Shown here: positions 28,708 through 38,529 of the stretch, in pieces
Layout: each line of letters opens with the position of its first letter
Numbering within the stretch: position 1 is the first letter of the stretch
From: Deltaproteobacteria bacterium
Lineage (GTDB): Bacteria; Desulfobacterota; Desulfarculia; Desulfarculales; Desulfarculaceae
DNA: 64,000 nt
NCBI GenBank assembly: GCA_020444205.1
Contig: JAHLLJ010000004.1
Span: forward strand, 9,284-73,283
Direction of reading: 5' to 3'
Translations under genes and position numbers: made by a program
Notes under the pieces: generated by a model
Databases searched by the model: none
What the model saw: the letters and a program-made list of their open reading frames with translations, nothing else
Told to the model about the DNA's origin: nothing

Positions 28708-30420
28708 ATGGAAGCCAAACAGGCCTACCTATCCAAACCCTGGCTCAAGCATTATCCCGAAAACGTGCCCCCCGAGATGGACATCCCCGTGGTTTCCATC
28801 CCGGAAATGTTCGACCAGGTGGTGGAAAAGTACGGCAACAAGACCTCATTGATCTACTACGGCAAGAAGATCAGCTACAAGGAGCTCAAGGACCAGGCGG
28901 ACCGCTTCGCCGCGGCCCTGAGCGGCCTGGGGATTCAAAAGGGCGACCGGGTGGCCTTGTTCCTGCTCAACTGCCCCCAGTATGTCATCGCCTATATGGG
29001 GGTACTAAAGGCCGGCGCGGTGGTTACTCCGGTTAGCCCGGTCTACACCAGCCAGGAGGTCCGCCACCAGCTAAGCGATAGCGGGGCCAAGGTGGTGGTG
29101 TGCCAGGACATCCTTTACGACAAGGTGGCCGAGGCTGGAGTGGATCTTGATCGGGTGATAATTACCGGGGTGGACGAGTATCTGCCCAAGCTGAAGAAAA
29201 TGTTTGCCAAAAAGATCATGGCCAAGGCCTATGGCGGCATGCACGTGCCGGACGAGGCCATGATCCAACGCGACGGGCTGCTGAAGTTCCAGGAGCTTAT
29301 CAAGAAATCCCCGGCTCAGGCGCCCGAGATTACCGTGGACCCCATAAACGACCTTGCCGCGCTGCCCTATACCGGCGGCACCACCGGCCTGCCCAAGGCG
29401 GCCATGCTCACCCACTACAACATCATGGCCTGCCAGGCCCAGGCCTTGGCTTTTTGGAGGGACAAGTTCGAGCAGGGCAACGAGACCATCATCGCCTTTT
29501 TGCCCATGTTCCACATCTACGGGCAGGTGGTGATTATGCTCACCAGCCTGGTCAACGGCTACACCATGGTGCTGTTCACCACCCCGGACATGGATGAGAT
29601 TCTTAACGCGGTGGAGCGCTACGACGCCTCGGGATTCTACGGGGTGCCCACCTTGTACGAGTATCTCAAGGAGTACGACAAGACCGACCGGGTGGATTGG
29701 AAGCGTATCAAGATAATCGTGTGCGGCGCGGACACCCTGCACGAGAGCACGGTGGAGGGGTGGGAACGGCGTACCGGTAGCCACATCACCGAGGGCTACG
29801 GCATGACCGAGACCGCCGCGGTGAGCCACACCAACCCCCTGGACCATCCTAAGCGTGGCTCCTTTGGTATCCCCATCCCCAACATCACCGCGGCCATCCT
29901 GGAAGTGGACAGCCAAGAGTTCGTGCCGGTGGGGGAAGTGGGGGAGATGGTGCTCAGCGGACCCAACATCATGCAGGGTTACTGGCAGCGTCCCGATGAC
30001 AATAAAGAGACCATGGTCGAGCTGGAGGGCAAGAGGTGGATGCGCACCGGCGACCTGGTGAGCATGGACGAGGAAGGCTATTTCCATTTCTTTGATCGCA
30101 AGCGCGACCTGATCAAGCACAGAGGCTACTCGGTGTTTGCCAAGCACGTGGAAGAGGTGCTCTACAACCATCCCCAGGTCAAGGCCGCCGGGGTGGTGGG
30201 GGTGCCTGATCCCAAGGTGGGTCAGCTCATCAAGGCCTATGTGGTGCTGCAGGCCGAGGCCCGGGGCAAGCTCTCCGAGGAAGAGCTCATCGAATATTGC
30301 AAGGACAAGCTGGCCCACTACAAGGTGCCCCAGATTATCGAGTTTAGGGGCGAGTTGCCCAAGACCGACGTGGGCAAAGTGTCGCGCCGGGAGCTTCGTG
30401 AAGAGGCGGAGGAAGACTAA
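28708..30420 (+). CDS. Long-chain acyl-CoA ligase (FadD-like)
   Basis: YTGGTTGLPK, EGYGMTE, RTGD, LPKTDVGK. Confidence 0.95.
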   Translation: MEAKQAYLSKPWLKHYPENVPPEMDIPVVSIPEMFDQVVEKYGNKTSLIYYGKKISYKELKDQADRFAAALSGLGIQKGDRVALFLLNCPQYVIAYMGVLKAGAVVTPVSPVYTSQEVRHQLSDSGAKVVVCQDILYDKVAEAGVDLDRVIITGVDEYLPKLKKMFAKKIMAKAYGGMHVPDEAMIQRDGLLKFQELIKKSPAQAPEITVDPINDLAALPYTGGTTGLPKAAMLTHYNIMACQAQALAFWRDKFEQGNETIIAFLPMFHIYGQVVIMLTSLVNGYTMVLFTTPDMDEILNAVERYDASGFYGVPTLYEYLKEYDKTDRVDWKRIKIIVCGADTLHESTVEGWERRTGSHITEGYGMTETAAVSHTNPLDHPKRGSFGIPIPNITAAILEVDSQEFVPVGEVGEMVLSGPNIMQGYWQRPDDNKETMVELEGKRWMRTGDLVSMDEEGYFHFFDRKRDLIKHRGYSVFAKHVEEVLYNHPQVKAAGVVGVPDPKVGQLIKAYVVLQAEARGKLSEEELIEYCKDKLAHYKVPQIIEFRGELPKTDVGKVSRRELREEAEED

Positions 30421-30422
30421 AG

Positions 30423-31190
30423 ATGGCTCAGCCCTTTCTGGAGGTGAGCGGCCTGCACAAGGACTTCGGGGGCCTTACCGCCACCAATGAGGTCAGCTTC
30501 AGCATGGGCCGTGATGAGATAGTGGGGCTGATCGGCCCCAACGGGGCGGGAAAGACCACCCTGGTGCGTCTCATCACCGGCATATTGCGCCCCGATCGCG
30601 GCAGCATCCGTTTCAAGGGAAAAAACATCACCGGCAAGAAGACCTGGGACATCGTCAACATGGGCATTGCCTCCACCTTCCAGAATATGCGCCCCTTTCG
30701 GCGTCTACCCATCATCGCCAATGTGATGGTTTCTTGCCTGAGCCCACGGGCCATGAAAAGGGGTGAGTGGGTTAAAAAAGTCGAGGCCAAGGCCATGGAC
30801 GCCCTGGAGTTCGCGGGCATCTCGGACATGGCCCTGGAAAAGGCCTCTACCCTATCTCAAGGCGACCTCAAGCGGCTGGAGGTGGCCCGGGCCGTGGCCA
30901 CCGAGCCGGAGTTGCTGCTGCTGGACGAGCCTTTCGGCGGCTTGAGCCCGGCGGAAACCGACCTTATGGCCAAGTCCATCGCCCGCTTGCACAAGGGCGG
31001 GCGCTTCGGCCGTTTGCACAGCGAAGGCCCGGCCATGATCATTATCGAGCACAAGCTGGCCCAGCTCATGAAGATCGTGGACCGCATCATCGTGCTGAAC
31101 TTCGGCACCATCATCGCCGACGGCACGCCGGAGCAGATCGTGTCCAACCCGGAGGTGGTCGAGGCCTATCTGGGAGAGGGAGGGGTCTAA
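30423..31190 (+). CDS. livG: Liv-type ABC ATPase
   Basis: GPNGAGKT, LLLLDEP, IEH, VVEAYLG. Confidence 0.92.
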   Translation: MAQPFLEVSGLHKDFGGLTATNEVSFSMGRDEIVGLIGPNGAGKTTLVRLITGILRPDRGSIRFKGKNITGKKTWDIVNMGIASTFQNMRPFRRLPIIANVMVSCLSPRAMKRGEWVKKVEAKAMDALEFAGISDMALEKASTLSQGDLKRLEVARAVATEPELLLLDEPFGGLSPAETDLMAKSIARLHKGGRFGRLHSEGPAMIIIEHKLAQLMKIVDRIIVLNFGTIIADGTPEQIVSNPEVVEAYLGEGGV

Positions 31191-31940
31191 GTGCTGCTGG
31201 AGGTTGCCAACCTGACGGTTGCTTACGACAAGGCCATGCTCATCAACAACCTGAGCATGTCGGTGGACGATGGCGAGATGGTGAGCCTGGTGGGGCCCAA
31301 CGGCGCGGGCAAGACCACCCTGCTCAGGGCGGTCACCGGCTTGGTGGCCTGGGAAAAGATGACCCTGCGGGGCACTGCCGGAGGTGACGTTACCTTGAAA
31401 GGGAGCATCATCTTTGACGGCAAGGCCATAGAAAAAGCTCCAGCCCACGAGATCGTGCGCATGGGACTGGTGCACTGCCCTGAGCGGCGGAGGCCTTTTA
31501 GGGAGATGAGCGTCCTTGAAAACCTCATGGCCGGGGCTTATCTACACACGGACAAGGCGCAGGTGCAGGCCGATCTGGAGATGGTCTACGAGCTTTTTCC
31601 GGTGTTGGCCAAGCGCTCCAAGCAGGTTTCCGGCACCCTGAGCGGCGGCGAGCAGCAGATGCTGGCCGTGGGCCGGGCTCTGATGTCGCGGCCCAAGCTG
31701 CTGTGCATTGACGAGCCCTCCACAGGCCTGGCCCCCCTGATGCGCCAAGAGGTGTTCAACAAAATTCAACAGATTCGCGAGATGGGCATAACCATCCTGT
31801 TGGTGGAGCAAGAGGTGGCCACGGTGTTCAAGATGGCTACGCGCAACTACGTATTGTCCTCGGGCAAGATAATCGCTCAAGGCAAGGGTGATGATCTTTT
31901 ACAAGACGAGGTGATCCGCAAGACCTACCTGGGGCTTTAG
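31191..31940 (+). CDS. livF: Liv-type ABC ATPase
   Basis: GPNGAGKT, LSGGEQQMLA, DEPSTGLAP, VEQ, YLG. Confidence 0.92.
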   Translation: MLLEVANLTVAYDKAMLINNLSMSVDDGEMVSLVGPNGAGKTTLLRAVTGLVAWEKMTLRGTAGGDVTLKGSIIFDGKAIEKAPAHEIVRMGLVHCPERRRPFREMSVLENLMAGAYLHTDKAQVQADLEMVYELFPVLAKRSKQVSGTLSGGEQQMLAVGRALMSRPKLLCIDEPSTGLAPLMRQEVFNKIQQIREMGITILLVEQEVATVFKMATRNYVLSSGKIIAQGKGDDLLQDEVIRKTYLGL

Positions 31941-32093
31941 GAGCCGCAAGGCTAACGGCTCCGGCAGCCGATTATCGCCAGATACAAAGATTGCTTGCGC
32001 TGTCCGGCAAGGGCCTATATCAAGGCAAAGTGTATAGCGTAACTAAACGATAAACGTAATAAGCGGCCTGGAATAGGGCTATGGGAGACGAAG

Positions 32094-33914
32094 ATGGGCG
32101 TCAATTACTTCCGCCGTGATGGCCGGGACAGCAAGTTCGTGCTTTTGGAGCATCTAGGCGTGGAGCGCCTGCTGAGCTATGAGCCTTATCAGGATTTCTC
32201 GGCCGATGACTTTGCCATGATTATCGACGAGGCCCTGAAGGTGGGCAAAGAGGTAATGGGCCCCTCCCTGCAGGACGGCGACCGCATTGGTTGCGTGTAT
32301 GAAGACAATAAGGTGACCACCCCGGATTCCCTCAAAGAGTGCTGGAGGGTGCTCAACGAAAACGGCTGGCCCTCGGCCACCTACAACCCGGAGTTCGGAG
32401 GGCAGGGCCTGCCCGCAGTGGTGGGTGGCCTGGTGGGGGAGATCTTCAACGGGGCCAATATGGCCATGATGACCTACTCCGGTCTCATGGTGGGTAACGG
32501 CCATCTTATCGAAGACTTTGGCACTGACCAAGACCGGGCCATGTTCCTGGAAAAGATGTACACCGGAGTGTGGGGCGGCACCATGTGTCTCACCGAGCCG
32601 GACGCCGGCTCGGACGTGGGCGCCCTGCGCACCAAGGCGGTCCCTGATCCGGATTCCGAGGACCCGCGAATCTACAAGATAGAAGGGGTTAAGCGCTTCA
32701 TCACCTGTGGGGAGCATGACCTCACCGAGAACATCATTCACCTGTTGCTGGCCCGTATTGAGGGCGGCCCGGCAGGTACCAAAGGGGTCAGCCTGTTTAT
32801 CGTGCCCAAGATATGGGTGAACCCAGACGGCTCCTTGGGCGAGCCCAACGACATGTTCTGCGAGGGCATCGAGCATAAGATGGGCATCCACGGCTCCAGC
32901 ACCTGCACCCTGAACTTCGGAGAGCAGGGCAAGTGCCGGGGCATCCTCTTGGGCGAGCCCCACAGCGGCATGGCCAAGATGTTCCAAATGATGAACCACG
33001 CCCGCATCGGTTGCGGCATCCAGGCGGCTGGGGTCACGGCCAGCGCCTATGATACGGCCCGGCTCTATGCCAAGGAAAGGGTGCAAGGCTCACCGCTGGC
33101 GGACCGTCACGGCCCGGCGGTACCCATCATCCAGCACGAGGACGTGCGGCGCATGCTCATGAACCTCAAGGCAGGCTCCGAGGCCATGCGGGTGTTTGTC
33201 GCTTACCTGGAGCTTTATTCCGACGTGGCCATGCACGACCCGGACGAGCAGGAGCGCCAAAAGGCGCAGGCCCGGGTGGACATCCTCACCCCCCTGGTGA
33301 AAGCCTATCCCCCGGACCTGGGCTACATGCTCATCCGCGACGCCATCCAGGTGCTGGGAGGGGTTGGTTATTGCAGCGACTTCCCGGTGGAGCAGTACGC
33401 CCGCGACATAAAGATTCTCTCCATTTGGGAGGGCACCAACTACATCCAGGCCCTGGACCTGGTGGGCCGCAAGTTAGGGGCTCAAGGCGGCAAGGTGTTC
33501 CAGGAGTGGGTGGCCGAGTTGATGGCCTTTGCCAAGGAAAACCAAGCTGACCAGGATTTCCAGATGGATTTCGAACTGCTTAGCAAGACAGTGGGCATGG
33601 TGGCGGATTTTGCCCAACGTTTTGTTGCCTATTTCAAACAGGGCCGCATCTCCCTGGTGCCCATGTTTGCCACCAGGTTCCTGGACTGCTTCGCCGAGGT
33701 GGTGCTGGCCAAGCTGATGCTGGAGCAGGGGCTCATTGCCCGAGAAAAGTTGGCCGGGGTAGACCCAGGCTCTTCGGATGGAGCGTTCTACCAGGGCAAG
33801 ATGGCCTCGGCCAAGTTCTTCTGCCGCAATATCCTGACTAACGTCTTTGGCCGCTACGCCTCTTTCAAGACCGAGGACCTCTCGGCCATGGAGATACCCG
33901 AGGAGGCTTTCTAG
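32094..33914 (+). CDS. Long acyl-CoA dehydrogenase (FadE5/DmdC-like, 606 aa)
   Basis: GTMCLTEPDAGSD, EHKMGIHGSSTC, FQMMNHAR, IWEGTNYIQALDL. Confidence 0.92.
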   Translation: MGVNYFRRDGRDSKFVLLEHLGVERLLSYEPYQDFSADDFAMIIDEALKVGKEVMGPSLQDGDRIGCVYEDNKVTTPDSLKECWRVLNENGWPSATYNPEFGGQGLPAVVGGLVGEIFNGANMAMMTYSGLMVGNGHLIEDFGTDQDRAMFLEKMYTGVWGGTMCLTEPDAGSDVGALRTKAVPDPDSEDPRIYKIEGVKRFITCGEHDLTENIIHLLLARIEGGPAGTKGVSLFIVPKIWVNPDGSLGEPNDMFCEGIEHKMGIHGSSTCTLNFGEQGKCRGILLGEPHSGMAKMFQMMNHARIGCGIQAAGVTASAYDTARLYAKERVQGSPLADRHGPAVPIIQHEDVRRMLMNLKAGSEAMRVFVAYLELYSDVAMHDPDEQERQKAQARVDILTPLVKAYPPDLGYMLIRDAIQVLGGVGYCSDFPVEQYARDIKILSIWEGTNYIQALDLVGRKLGAQGGKVFQEWVAELMAFAKENQADQDFQMDFELLSKTVGMVADFAQRFVAYFKQGRISLVPMFATRFLDCFAEVVLAKLMLEQGLIAREKLAGVDPGSSDGAFYQGKMASAKFFCRNILTNVFGRYASFKTEDLSAMEIPEEAF

Positions 33915-33937
33915 GCAGCTATAAAACAAGCCACAGG

Positions 33938-33971
33938 GCAGGGGACGGTGCAAGCCGTCCCCTGCTTTTTT
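33938..33971 (+). terminator. Rho-independent terminator
   Basis: GCAGGGGACGG-TGCAAG-CCGTCCCCTGC-TTTTTT. Confidence 0.9.
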
Positions 33972-34095
33972 GTGGGAAAAAAGGGGGGCGCGGTGGTTCT
34001 TTTGAAAGGTTCACAGCGGGCGCGCGGTTGGGCAACTGGTGGTAAACTTACTCCTGACGTTTACAGAGATATCCATGGGTCATCAACGGTAAACC

Positions 34096-34935
34096 ATGAA
34101 CTCCGAACCGGCCATAAAACGCATCCTACCCAACGCCAGCCTCAAAGGCATGAGAGTGCTCATTCGCGGGGCTGGCGAAATGGCCAGCGGCGTGGCCTAT
34201 CGCCTAGCTCATTCTGGCTTCCATGTTTTGATTACTGAAATCTCCACTCCCCTGGCAGTGCGCAGGGCGGTGTGCTTCAGCGAAGCGGTTTACGACGGCA
34301 GCAAGATCGTGGAAGGCCGCACCGCGCGGCTCATCCAAAACCCCGAAGAAGCCAGTGAACTATGGGCCAAGTCAGAACTGCCGGTGCTTGTGGATCCGGA
34401 CATGACCTGCCGCGCCGCCCTTAGGCCCATGGTCATAGTGGACGCCCTTTTGGCCAAACGCAATACCGGGTTGCACAAGACCATGGCTCCCTTGACCATT
34501 GGGCTGGGGCCTGGCTTTCATGTTCCAGACGAGGTGGATCTGGCGGTTGAGACCAACCGCGGGCACAACCTGGGTCGCCTGATCAGCCTGGGTTCGCCAG
34601 AGCCCAACACCGGTGTGCCGGGCAAAATAGCGGGATACACCTCCCAGCGAGTGTTGCGCGCCCCGGCGGACGGTACGTTTGAGTCCGACTTGGCTCTGGG
34701 TGATAGAGTGAGGGCCGGACAGGTGGTGGCCTCGGTAAAGGGGCAAACCATCACGGCTCAAGTAGACGGGGTGTTGCGCGGCTTGCTGCGCCCCGGCGCC
34801 CGGGTTAACCAGGGGACCAAGGTGGGCGACGTGGACCCCAGGGGACAGCTTGAGTACTTGCACACCATCAGTGAAAAAGCCAGGGCCGTGGGGGGATCGG
34901 TGCTGGAAGGCATAATGGCCACCTTCAACCGATAG
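34096..34935 (+). CDS. yqeB: Selenium-dependent molybdenum hydroxylase system protein YqeB; start may be 34150
   Basis: IRGAGEMASGVAYRL, AVRRAVCFSEAVY, LAKRNTG, IGLGPGF, ETNRGHNLG, KVGDVDPR, ISEKARAVGGSVLE. Confidence 0.9.
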   Translation: MNSEPAIKRILPNASLKGMRVLIRGAGEMASGVAYRLAHSGFHVLITEISTPLAVRRAVCFSEAVYDGSKIVEGRTARLIQNPEEASELWAKSELPVLVDPDMTCRAALRPMVIVDALLAKRNTGLHKTMAPLTIGLGPGFHVPDEVDLAVETNRGHNLGRLISLGSPEPNTGVPGKIAGYTSQRVLRAPADGTFESDLALGDRVRAGQVVASVKGQTITAQVDGVLRGLLRPGARVNQGTKVGDVDPRGQLEYLHTISEKARAVGGSVLEGIMATFNR

Positions 34936-34993
34936 GTCCGCCTGAACGCCAATTACATAATTAATACGCGCCGTTGGCGGCAAACCCGGCGGA

Positions 34994-35701
34994 CTAGCTC
35001 AAGCTGAGGTCAGTATGCTGCTCTGCCTGCAGGCTGCTGACCACCCGGTCCATGCCTTGGGAGATGTGAAAGCGGACCGCGTCGAGGGCTTTGTCCACGT
35101 CTCTTTGGCGAAGCGCCTCCAAAAGGGCTCGGTGCTCTTCAGCCACCTCTTTGATGCGGTTGCTGCCTAAATACTCCGGCCGGTATCGCAAATAGAGTTT
35201 CTCAAAAATATCCTGCAGCAGGTTGCAGATGATGGTGTTACCGGAAAAGCTGGCGATCTTCAAGTGGAACTGGGCGTCCAGCAGAATGAGGCGGCGGCCC
35301 ACCAGGTTCTTGGCCTCGCTGCGCTGCAGGCTAAAGGCTTGCTTGATCTCATCGAAGTTTTTGGCGGTAATGTTGTTGATCACCAAGGGCAGTATGTAAA
35401 GCTCTAGAGCCTCACGGGCCATGTAGAGCTCCTTGGCGTCCTCCTCGGTAATTTCACTGACAAAGTAGCCCTTGTTAGGTACGTAGGTCACGAAGTTGGA
35501 GGCCTCAAGCCGGTTCAGGGCCTGGATTACCGGGGTGATGCTTATGTTCAGGCGCTTGGCCAAGTCGTTGCTGATGATCTTTTGTCCAGGAGCGAACTGG
35601 TTGAGATAGATCATCTTTTTTATCTTTTGATAGGCTTCGTCAATGGCCAGGCCTCTCCGGTTGCCATTTGGAGTGCCGGCCTTTTGGGGTGCTTTCGCCA
35701 C
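34994..35701 (-). CDS. GntR (FCD) regulator, paralogue 1 (GTG start re-called)
   Basis: SITPVIQALNRLE wHTH, REALE, DAQFH, EEHRALL; GGGAG RBS before GTG at 35701. Confidence 0.9.
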   Translation of the reverse strand: MAKAPQKAGTPNGNRRGLAIDEAYQKIKKMIYLNQFAPGQKIISNDLAKRLNISITPVIQALNRLEASNFVTYVPNKGYFVSEITEEDAKELYMAREALELYILPLVINNITAKNFDEIKQAFSLQRSEAKNLVGRRLILLDAQFHLKIASFSGNTIICNLLQDIFEKLYLRYRPEYLGSNRIKEVAEEHRALLEALRQRDVDKALDAVRFHISQGMDRVVSSLQAEQHTDLSLS

Positions 35702-36129
35702 GTAGGTATCTCCCTCAATAAAAATTACTGCCTTGAGCGACAGCTTAACCATGCCTTGGGCAGGGGCAGACTGGATTTATTGGGTTCCGCTGCCGGGGTG
35801 CGGACTCAGGGTCGGCGGCGGCATTATGGTCTGACGTGGCGCGCGGTGTTTTGTAGGGGCAGCCGTCGGGGGATAAAACTTCCCCCCAAACCATGAGCCT
35901 TTCCGCCGGAGAGGCCGATCTTATCACCCAACCATATCTGGGATAACACGCTATGACAATAAAGCCAAACTCTTAGTGCAAATTTTGGCTGCTTGAAAAG
36001 CAAAATTTTCGGCTTGGAAGGGTGGTTGGAGTCAAGTTTTGGCACTTGCTGTCCAGCCTGAGCCTGCAAAGTCGAGGCAGGAAAAACCGCAAAATTGGAG
36101 CTGACAAACTGTAGACAATAATATTTTTT

Positions 36130-36865
36130 GGCCCTTGACTAGTTGGGAGTATGTTGAAGTACCCTAAATAGTTGTATGGGCATGAAAAACAAGTATGCGC
36201 TTCGTGCAAGGATTTCGGAGGCCAAATTCAGGGACCTGGTGAGGTTCTTTGCCCTGGACCTGGAGGCCAACAAAATCGCCGCACTGACACGATTAAACCG
36301 GAACACCATCAACCGTTACCTTTTTCTAATCCGTCACCGTATCGCCGAGCTGTGCGAGCAGGAGTCGCCCTTCAAGGGAGGGATCGAGGTTGATGAATCC
36401 TACTTCGGAGCAAGGCGGGTAAAAGGAAAAAGGGGACGTGGCACTTATGGCAAAACTCCGGTCTTCGGCATCCTGCAGCGGGGTGGCCGAGTCTACACCG
36501 AGATCGTACCGGATTGCGCCAAGGCCACTCTGCAAGCCATCATCAGGGGCAAGGTGGACCCCAAGAGCGTGATTCACTCCGATGGCTGGAGAGGCTACAA
36601 CGGCTTGGTGGACCTGGGTTACAAAAAGCATTATCGCGTCCATCATGGCCAAGACCAGTTCGCAAGGGGACGTAACCATATCAACGGCATCGAATCCTTT
36701 TGGTCCTTTGCCAAGGCCAGGCTCATGAAGTTCAATGGACTCCCTTCTTCCACCTTTTACCTGCATCTGAAGGAGTCCGAATTCAGGTTCAATTACCGAG
36801 GGCAAGACCTCTATGCTATCTTGATAAAGATGCTAAGGGAGAAACCGCTCAACTAGTCTAGGCCC
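36130..36865 (+). mobile_element. Complete IS1595-family insertion sequence (IS1016-like), 736 bp
   Basis: Left IR GGCCCTTGACTAGTTG and reverse complement of right end GGGCCTAGACTAGTTG (14/16); 8-bp direct repeat TATTTTTT at 36122-36129 and 36866-36873. Confidence 0.93.
36176..36856 (+). CDS. IS1595-family DDE transposase
   Basis: IEVDESYFG, IHSDGWRGY, HINGIESFWSFAK, HLKESEFRFN; stop codon lies inside the right IR. Confidence 0.95.
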   Translation: MGMKNKYALRARISEAKFRDLVRFFALDLEANKIAALTRLNRNTINRYLFLIRHRIAELCEQESPFKGGIEVDESYFGARRVKGKRGRGTYGKTPVFGILQRGGRVYTEIVPDCAKATLQAIIRGKVDPKSVIHSDGWRGYNGLVDLGYKKHYRVHHGQDQFARGRNHINGIESFWSFAKARLMKFNGLPSSTFYLHLKESEFRFNYRGQDLYAILIKMLREKPLN

Positions 36866-36955
36866 TATTTTTTTTGGGAAAGTCATTTAGGATTGCAGCC
36901 CTGTAACGCATTGCGCGAATGAGTCGCATTTTTTGCGATTTTAAACAGATAATCC

Positions 36956-36985
36956 TTGACCTGGAGAAATATAATTAATTATAAA
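36956..36985 (+). promoter_or_regulatory. Candidate sigma70 promoter of the second ABC operon
   Basis: TTGACC-N18-TATAAA in an AT-rich tract, flanked by TAACGCAWTGCG-like sites. Confidence 0.45.
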
Positions 36986-37214
36986 ATAAATAAATAAAAT
37001 TAAATGGCAACGCACTGCGCCTCCTTTGAAACTCAGCCTGATGCGCGGAGCCCTGACCATGGATGTATGTAGGGAGGTCTGTCCAAGGTGAAAATTCGGA
37101 CCACTGCCCGCTCCTGATAAATCCAAAAAGGGCGCATCCGATTTGAGTGATCAGCCAAGTGAAAACGCCCAAAACAATTGCCGTAACGTTTTGTACTCAA
37201 AGGGAGGAGTATTT

Positions 37215-38459
37215 ATGGCTAACACGTTGAGGGCCTTTGGAACTTTGCTGGCCACTATCGCCCTGGTAGCGGTGATGGGGTTGGCGCCCACCACGGCATC
37301 AGCCGAAAAACCACCCATTAAAATCGGCTTCATCCACACCATGAGCGGTCCGATCTCCATGTACGGGATCACCTCGGCCGCCGGCGCCAAGATCGCGGTG
37401 GAAGAGATCAACGCGTCGGGCGGTGTCCTAGGCCGCAAGCTGGAGTTGATCGTGCGCGACGACAAGATCAGCCCCGAGGCCGGCCTGCGCGAGGCCAAGG
37501 ACTTGGTGCTCAAGGATAAGGTGGACTTTTTGGCCGGCACCATCAGCTCGGGCGTGGCCTTGGCCATTTCCGGGTATGCGCGCCGGGCCAAGAAAATTTA
37601 TATGATCAACATCGCCCAGAGCACCCGCATCACCGAGGAGAAATTCAACAAATACACCTTCCGTTTCACCACCAACGCCACGCCTTACTTTGGTAAGGGC
37701 CCGGCCCTCGCCTTGGCCAAGACCTACAAGGCCAAAAAGATCATCTCCTTGGGTTATGATTACGAGATGGGCAAAAACTCCCTAAAGGAGTTCAAGGCTA
37801 CCTATCTTAAAATGGTCCCTGACGCCAAGATCATCGACGAGCTTTGGGTCCCCCTGGGCTCCACCGACTTCACCGCCCACATCGCCAAGATGGCCAACTC
37901 GGGCGCTGATTGTTTCTATCTCGCGGGAATCTATGGAGGCGGCGAGTTGGCCTTCACCAAGCAGGCTTGGTCCTTTGGCCTCTACGACAAGATGAAGGCC
38001 GTGCAGCCCTGCGCCGGCGACGTGGAGACTTGGGGCAAGGTCAAGGAGGGCGATCCTTATCCCAAAAACGCCCTGGCCACCTGCCGTTACCCCTTCTGGG
38101 CCATCAAGGGAGAACAAAACGCCAAGTTCGTGAAGCAGATTCGCGAGATGACCGGCCTGTGGCCCTCCTACGGGTCCATGGACGCTTACGTGATCGTGTA
38201 TGCAATCAAGGATGCGGTGACCAAGGCCGGCACCACCGACACCCAGAAGGTCATCAAGGCCATGGAAACCTTGAAGATGACCACCTTCGTGGGCCCGGTT
38301 GAAATGAGAGCCTATGACCACCAGGCCATGATGCCCACCTGGTACGGCATCATGCGCTTTACCCCCGATTTGCCTTTCCCCCACATCACCGACGTGGGCA
38401 AGCTCGGGCCGGAGAGCTATCACACTATAGAAGAGATCAAGAAAATCCGCGGCGAGTAG
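37215..38459 (+). CDS. Liv-type ABC substrate-binding protein (start re-called at MANTLR)
   Basis: Signal peptide, IKIGFI, AVEEINASGGVLGRKLELIVRDD; GGAGGAG RBS. Confidence 0.92.
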   Translation: MANTLRAFGTLLATIALVAVMGLAPTTASAEKPPIKIGFIHTMSGPISMYGITSAAGAKIAVEEINASGGVLGRKLELIVRDDKISPEAGLREAKDLVLKDKVDFLAGTISSGVALAISGYARRAKKIYMINIAQSTRITEEKFNKYTFRFTTNATPYFGKGPALALAKTYKAKKIISLGYDYEMGKNSLKEFKATYLKMVPDAKIIDELWVPLGSTDFTAHIAKMANSGADCFYLAGIYGGGELAFTKQAWSFGLYDKMKAVQPCAGDVETWGKVKEGDPYPKNALATCRYPFWAIKGEQNAKFVKQIREMTGLWPSYGSMDAYVIVYAIKDAVTKAGTTDTQKVIKAMETLKMTTFVGPVEMRAYDHQAMMPTWYGIMRFTPDLPFPHITDVGKLGPESYHTIEEIKKIRGE

Positions 38460-38476
38460 CGCCTTAATGCTCATGG

Positions 38477-38508
38477 TCGGCGGGCGGGGCCTTTGTTCCG
38501 CCCGCCGA
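38477..38508 (+). terminator. Intercistronic hairpin after the SBP gene
   Basis: TCGGCGGGCGG...CCGCCCGCCGA, 11-bp stem. Confidence 0.55.
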
Positions 38509-38529
38509 TTACCCACGATAGGTGTCAAC

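Noticed and set aside
36040-36055. TGGCACTTGCTGTCC as a sigma54 promoter
   Set aside because: TTGC follows immediately with no 5-nt spacer, so the geometry is wrong.
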